Shown: positions 57,123-64,000 of the stretch, piece by piece | Layout: the number at the start of each line of letters is the position of its first letter | Numbering within the stretch: position 1 is the first letter of the stretch | From: the human T2T-CHM13v2.0 reference genome, Homo sapiens | NCBI RefSeq assembly: GCF_009914755.1 | Contig: NC_060925.1 | DNA length: 64,000 nucleotides | Reading direction: 5' to 3' (one strand) | The notes under the pieces: generated by a model | What the model saw: only the letters and a program-made list of their open reading frames with translations | What the model was told of the DNA's origin: nothing | Database searches by the model: none | Made by a program: the position numbers and the translations under genes

Positions 57123-58373
57123 TATTGAAGAAGATAATGAGAATTATTTAATAATGATTATCTAAGATTATTTAGATTTTGGTATGGCCTCAGTAGAAAA
57201 TATAGAGCAAATATTCATATAAATTATGATGATTTCCAAGAGTAATTTTGCTCCTCTACTGAGCAGGCAGAATGATCTAAAAGTTGGTCCGAACTCTCCA
57301 ATCTTTACTCCAAAGTCTCTACTGGCTTCACCTGTACTAAGGTAGGTTCACTCCAAGGGGCTTTGGGCTGGCTCGTCCTGTTGCCTGGAATCCTCTTCCC
57401 TTAGATACCTGCCCAGCTATATTGTTTATTGTTTGTAGCTCTTGCTACAAATGATAGGATTTTACAAGATTTTTTTTCTAATTGTCATTGGTTTTATGAG
57501 TTTTTTTTTTTTTTTTTTCAGGAGAAACGAAGTTTCATTTTGAAGTAACATAATTTGATATAGAATTAACTACGGTAAAAAATCCAGAAATGATATTAAT
57601 AGACAGATAATTCTGTTGAAGTCACCACAGGTAGATTTAAAAGCTCGTCTTCACTTTACAGAATTTCATGCCTTTCCAATGAAAGGAAAGTAAATGCAGA
57701 AACATGATGATTTTCTAATCTCACTTATTAGTGTTGGTTGATTATTGAACATTTTGGTTTCGGTTTTTAAGTACATTAATATTAGAAAGGGACAGATTAA
57801 TAGCCCTTCAAAACTACTGTCAACTTCTCTTTACTTTGTTATCAATTAAGCATGCATTCAATTCCATATTCCTACAGCAACATTTGATTAATACACGTCT
57901 TCTAAGAGCAATGCTTCAGTGTTATTTTAAGACTGGTATACTGAGCCAGAAGTAAATTAAAAAAATTATCTCAGTAGTTGCAGCTGAAAAATGGTGAATG
58001 CAGAGAGGTTTGCCACAGGACAAATATTTAGTCAACAGAAATTTCTTATTTCTGGTTGTGTCTGGGGATAGTAGGAAAATGGAGGAAGTTTGCAAAAGAT
58101 CTTGTGGAAAATATATCTTTTTGATTTTTTAAGTAAATATGAACTTTAAAATGAAAATACCAATATATACCCTTAAGTGCAGATTTTACTTCACAAAGAT
58201 ATATGATTTTATTTAAGTGGGACATTTGAGTTTTATTTAATTCCTTTATACACTCCTTCATTATCACTCCATTTCCAATCAAGTTACAAGTTTCTATTAC
58301 AATGATTGAAATCTGATTCCAGTTTTTAAAATCCATGTCACTAATGTGGATTAAGCTATGGAAAACCTGTGCC

Positions 58374-58690
<317 letters not shown>

Positions 58691-59899
58691 CTAAAAAGAT
58701 GTGTCACATTACAGTTTTATAGGAGCAGCTTTAGTACTGGGAATTGGAATAGGAGCTGTTTCAATACATTCTAATTTAATTTTTGACCAGGAAGGTAAAT
58801 TTCAATGACTTTGGTTTGAGAGTTAAGCTGTAATTGGTACTATAGGTACACCAGTAATTTTTTTTTTTGCCAGTATTTTATCAAGGGGGAGATTTGTAGA
58901 AGATTAGTAAGGTCAGAGAAGTTTAATTTTTGAATTAATTGTATCAAGTGTATGGCATTAAGATAATGGTTGTTTGCAACTTAACTTTGGAAGGGGATCA
59001 TCATTTATTAGTCCTTTTTGGTATTGAAATTTTCTATTTTTTATAAAAGCATTATCATATAAATCAAATAGGAATCTCACAGCTTTTTTGTTATATCTTT
59101 CAGAATATTACTCTTCTATTTTAAGCTTACAGTAAAAATGTGATTTCAGAGTCCCAGTGTTGCAGTACTCAACTATGTAGTTCTTCCTGAGGTAGATGAA
59201 ATGTTAGGATCAGATTTGTATCAACTTCCAGATTATTGGTTTTCCTCTCACTTTCTTCTTTGACTTTGGAAAAACAGCTGGCAAGGTTGATTTGAGACCT
59301 TTTATGACTTCTCTCACTCACAGACTCAACTATTTTAGCACTGACCTTTGTCTCTCTCTCAGGGATAGAGATAACTTGATACTACTAGTCACAGAGAATG
59401 AAATTGAACATCAAGGGGAGAGACAAGTAAACTAGAGAGAAGCAATACCAGTGAATTTTAAGGCAAAAAAGAATGGAAATTCCCTGTGGGTATTTTCACA
59501 CAGAATCAGGTTATAAAAGCAGATAAAAATGTTTTATTGTTTTAGTTTCTTTGTCTGAAGACATAAAAAGAGCAGCAGATATGGGGAGGGAGGATGGGCC
59601 ATAAAGTCTTACTTGAAAAAGAGCTCTGATAATCTTGTTAGGCTGAATTTAGACTGTTACAGAATGTCTTTTTTTCTTTTTTACCTCTTCTACTTGTAAA
59701 TGCATTTATGAGTTCTTTCTGAATTTTGAGTATCTGTGTTTCACCTGAAAGCCTGCATCAGATAGAGCTGACAGATTGCCAGTTCTTTTGTCACCAAAAC
59801 ATTGTCCTTTTTCCACCCGTGTAACTATGTCTGCCAAAATTAAGGTATATTCACATGAAAGGAACTTGCTTATAAGTCATTATCAAGTGCATATGTGTT

Positions 59900-61060
59900 A
59901 CCACCACGATTTGTTTTTATCATGATGTTCATAACTATCTGGCATATATGTGTTTATTTGTTTGCTTGTTATTTGTGTCCTCCCTTTGGATGGTAACTTT
60001 TATAAGGAAAAATATGCATCTTATGAATCTATATTCCATCAGTTAGAGCAGTGTCAGGTACACAGTGGCTGTTAGATGTTGGCTAAACAAATGGATAAAT
60101 GAGTCATCTTAGGCAGATATTTTTCTGCAGTGAAATTGTGCCCTGTCTTGACTTTGCAGAAATTTCTCACCACTGTTTGGAGATATACACCTGTATGTCC
60201 AACTGCCTGCTTGACTTTTCCACTTGAATGTCTAGCAGGAATCTCACATGTCCACAATATTCCTCCTTATTTTTCAAACCAAGTCCATTCTTAGTCAGAT
60301 ATATGTCATAGACATCTCAAGTAAAGATGCAAGTAAAGGGTTACTCTCCCTGTGTATAATCCTACAAGTTTAGACAGCTCTACCTCCAAAAAAGTTGTTT
60401 AACCTATCTACTTTTTTTTCATCTTTTCATTTTCCACTTGGACAAGCTACTACTGTCTCTCATGTGGACCTCTGCAATGACCTCTAAGTGGTCTCTGTGT
60501 TTCTAGTCTTGCCATTCTACCATCTATTCTCCACGTAGCAGTTAAAGCGTTACTTAAAAATTATAAACCACTGTCGAGTGCCTTCCCTCTACCATTAGAA
60601 TAAAATACAAACTCTTTACTATCGCCTTAAAGATTTCCATATTCCGGTTTCTGCCTTCTCTTCTACTTCATCTCATTCTACCTTTCTTACTAAACTCCAG
60701 GCACAATGACCTTCTTCCCATTCATCAACCAGGCCAAAGTCACATCTAAATCTAGGGCCTGTGGAACTTGCTATATCCTTTGTTTAGAATGCTCTGCTCC
60801 CTATCTTGTCATTGCCAGGTCATCTTGTCATTCAGAAATCAGCTCCAGTCTCCAAAGGGGTCCTCAGTCGTGCTTCATTACATTCTCTAATTTATTTTCT
60901 TTGTAGAACTTAAACTATATAAAATAACCACATAAACTTCTTTTCTAGAACAGAAGCTCCATGAGAGCTGAAAGCAAGGACTTTGTCTTTCTTATTCCCT
61001 GTCCTATTCCTAGGGCCTAGAACAGTGCCTGGCATATACTAGTAGGTGCTCAATAAAATA
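59900..61060 (+). mobile_element. L2 LINE fragments (two 3' ends)
   Basis: tccaactgcctgcttgac...ccacttgaatgtc; ends ctagaacagtgcctggcatat...gtaggtgctcaataaa. Confidence 0.82.
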
Positions 61061-64000
61061 TCATAAGTATAGACATATCAATGAATATGTAGAGATATGT
61101 ATTCACAAAAGTTCAAAAGATAGCTAAAATATCCTTGCTGTTTTTGTTGAATATGAAAATGTTTTAGACTTGCTAAAACTATCAGTTGACATAGAGATAA
61201 CGAAGGAAGCAAAAGACACATAGTTTTTTGAGCTCTAAGCTTATGGAGCAGAGGCAGAGGTGGGGAAAAGCCTGTATGTTCATGTGACTAGAGAAGCAAT
61301 CCAGCGCGTGTAAGTGGTTTTGTTATTAGGATGGACGTGCCAGTCTCTCTATTACTGCGTCTTCCTGCCAGCTGCCATTTCTCTGAGACATTAGAGTGTC
61401 AACTTGAAAAGGCTATGTTCCATAAGTCTTACTTAAGGAGCCATCAATGCTTTTTCTTTTAAAAAGTGAGAGTTTCAATTAAGTTTTAGAAAGTAAGATT
61501 ATCTTTGAGTTGTAAATAATATGTTAACATTGTGCTGGATCCTAAAAAGCTAAGTACATTAACTTGGAATGTGCTGAGCTAGTGGTAAATTGATATCCAG
61601 CCTGCAGTTGCCAGAGGAGAATTTTTGTCTTGTCTTCACAAAGAAGACAAGAAGAGAAAATGCAAGGGAGTCTGGGTCAATTAATTGCCTACCAGAGCAC
61701 TGCCCTATGTATTTCAAGCAGGGAAAACGGAAGAGGGCTGACTGGTTTACTCTGTAAGTAGATTCTTGCTGGGGGAGCTCAGTTTCAAAATCCTAGAAAC
61801 CATATGTGTCAGTTTAATCAGAGTTTGGCCCGGAGGAGAATTAAAATGAAAGGAAATTCCACAATTAGAAGGTGTGGAAGTAGAAAGCAGACTAAATCAA
61901 GCTTTTAGAGAGGCAGTGTGGGCTGGTGAGATTACATTCTTAGGGTGTATAATAGGCCAAGGTTTTTATTTCCAGATTCTTTCACTTAAGAGCTTCTATG
62001 TCTGAATTCTAGTGGAATGGAGGCCTGTCTCAAGCTTTTTTTCTCCTCCATTGTAAGGGCCTCACCTTTGTCATTTTTACCTACAAATCCAAAAAGGGAT
62101 AGTGCCAGGTTGGTGTGAGGTCTAAATAGAATTTTGTAGTAAAGGCCTGGACTAGAAGCTTCGCTTTAAAATAGTTTTCTTCTTCCTTTCCAGCATGTAT
62201 TTCCTATTCTGTCTGGTTGGCTTGCTGCTTAAAAATCAGAATACAGAAGAGAAGACAGTCTTGTGGAGGGTCAAAGGAGCCACTGTTTGTAGTTATTTGG
62301 GATCTTTGAGGAAACCCCTGCTAAAATAACTTGATTGTAAGTTATGGATTGCTTATTGCTAATTAACATTGACATGTAACTGTGTGCATGGAATGTGGCC
62401 CAATTAAGTGGAATGGAGCTAGGGCAGAGCCTGGCTGCATTCCCAGTATGATGGAGAGAATGAAGAGTTTAGGAACTGAGTTTAGAAGTTTTGAGGATGA
62501 AAATATTTTTAGTCTTAGGAAACCCAGCACTCAAAACCTTGTGAGAGGAACATATAAAAAAAAAAAGCAGCACGCAACAAAAGACCCAACATCCCACCAA
62601 TCAGCAATTAGAAAATGGTCTAGAAATGGTTTTATTATTCACATATATGCCGGCTTCCTCTACCCCCTTTAGGAACTTTATTCCAGTGTTCATTTCTTTT
62701 ACCACCTTCTCTATTTTCCTAACAATATAGGACTAGCCCTTCAATTTGCAAATGATTTAAAGTGTTCCATTTTCAAGGTACTGGGGATAAAAAGATGAAT
62801 ACACCAATCTGCACCTTAAGGAATTTAATCTAGGCAGGTAAAAATACATGTAAACAAATTGAATTTTATACAGCATTTTAAGTATAGTAATATAAGTATG
62901 CTCAAGGGATAGAGACAGCATTGATTAAGAAAACTGCTTAAACTCATGTGAAGTGGGTGAGGTGTTAAGAATGAGATCTTTAAATGCATTTAGGAAGAGA
63001 ACTGTCGAAGCACTAACCAGCTGACTGATTGCTGTATTATATTTGGCATGATTTTCTTTATTTATTAGAGGATGGAAAGGCTACTTTAGTCTAGATTTGT
63101 TCTATTCATTTCTTAGACATAGCCTTGTTAAGGAAAATATGGAATTAATGATAATGTTGTATTTATGTAACTTCAAAATGTTAACTAGAAGATAAGCTTT
63201 TAAAAAAGAATGCCGGGGATATAAAATAAGTCCTTTTTTGACACAATAAGTAAAAATGATAATCGACTTGGTTTTTTACATGGTTGGTCAGCTTCCATTC
63301 TTGTTTGTACATAAGTCTTCTCTTTTGATCTATAATCAGAATGTGTTTTTAAAATGTACCAATCTATGATACAATTTATTTTTAAAATGGACTTAAACCA
63401 GGTCTTCAGTGAGATGAATTTGTTCGTCTAAGCGACTTCGAACTCTAATTTTTATGTAGTACTTTGACTACATAAGCAGGGAGTTATCTGAGAGTGGTAT
63501 AATGAAACAAAAATGATTATTAGATTATCTTAAATCAAAACTATGTGTTAATTCATGTTGAAATTAGAAGAATTTGAAGCGAGTTCTTCTTTTTCCTTTT
63601 ATGCTGTAATGTCTTCAGTTTAAATTATGTTATTCAAAGGGTACTGGAGCTTTCATAAATTATTCATTTGCAAAGATTTAGCTATTTCAAGCCACTTCCC
63701 CCGAAACAGAAGGGGTTGAGCAAAATGGTTTCTTTTTGCCAAAGCATTCATAAATATCCCTTTGCCTTACTTCCGCAACTAATTTGGGTGTATGTTAGTT
63801 TAAGGGACACGTATTTCCCACTATCAGGTTTTCTCATTTAATAGTTCCCCTTTCTAAAACAATTTGGGAATGAGCTTTTTCTCATTCTGATTATCACACA
63901 AATTCAGAACTGAGAGAAGAATTAATAATATATATCTGGGGATTTCAGCAACTCTGGAATCTTTCTATGCAAGCTAGTCTTTTCCTTAACATTTGCCATG

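Noticed and set aside
57500-57635. Poly-T-CAG acceptor with downstream cag|gtaga
   Set aside because: Stops in all frames, weak donor, and the T-run may simply be a homopolymer.

Overview
AT-rich, repeat-dense primate nuclear DNA. AluY and an LTR12C-type element point to a catarrhine, probably hominoid or human, genome. It reads as deep intronic or intergenic sequence: I find no credible protein-coding exon, tRNA, rRNA, CRISPR or recognisable gene, and the supplied ORFs are Alu, L1, LTR, microsatellite or chance frames. The window holds about 20 Alu or Alu-monomer copies (many with clear target-site duplications, TSDs), several old L1s including a near full-length L1MA-type element, L2/MIR/L3 relics, MaLR, ERV1 and HERV-K solo LTRs, and hAT, Tigger and mariner MITEs. 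Subfamily names come from recalled consensus sequences, not a database search. I cannot support a wholly new biological system. The best leads are small: (1) a CpG-rich, Z-DNA-prone 90-bp segment with a 16-bp palindrome and seven MTF-1 MRE cores (56013-56101); (2) an ultra-short TSD-flanked poly(A) retro-insertion of unknown source (27979-28055); (3) a 385-bp LTR12C with both ends but no middle; (4) two remodelled MADE1 (miR-548-type) hairpins; (5) an exact 24-nt ectopic copy of a MER33 end; (6) a perfect 3x32-bp tandem repeat; (7) a possible old L1 3' transduction; and (8) repeat-free, motif-dense candidate enhancers.
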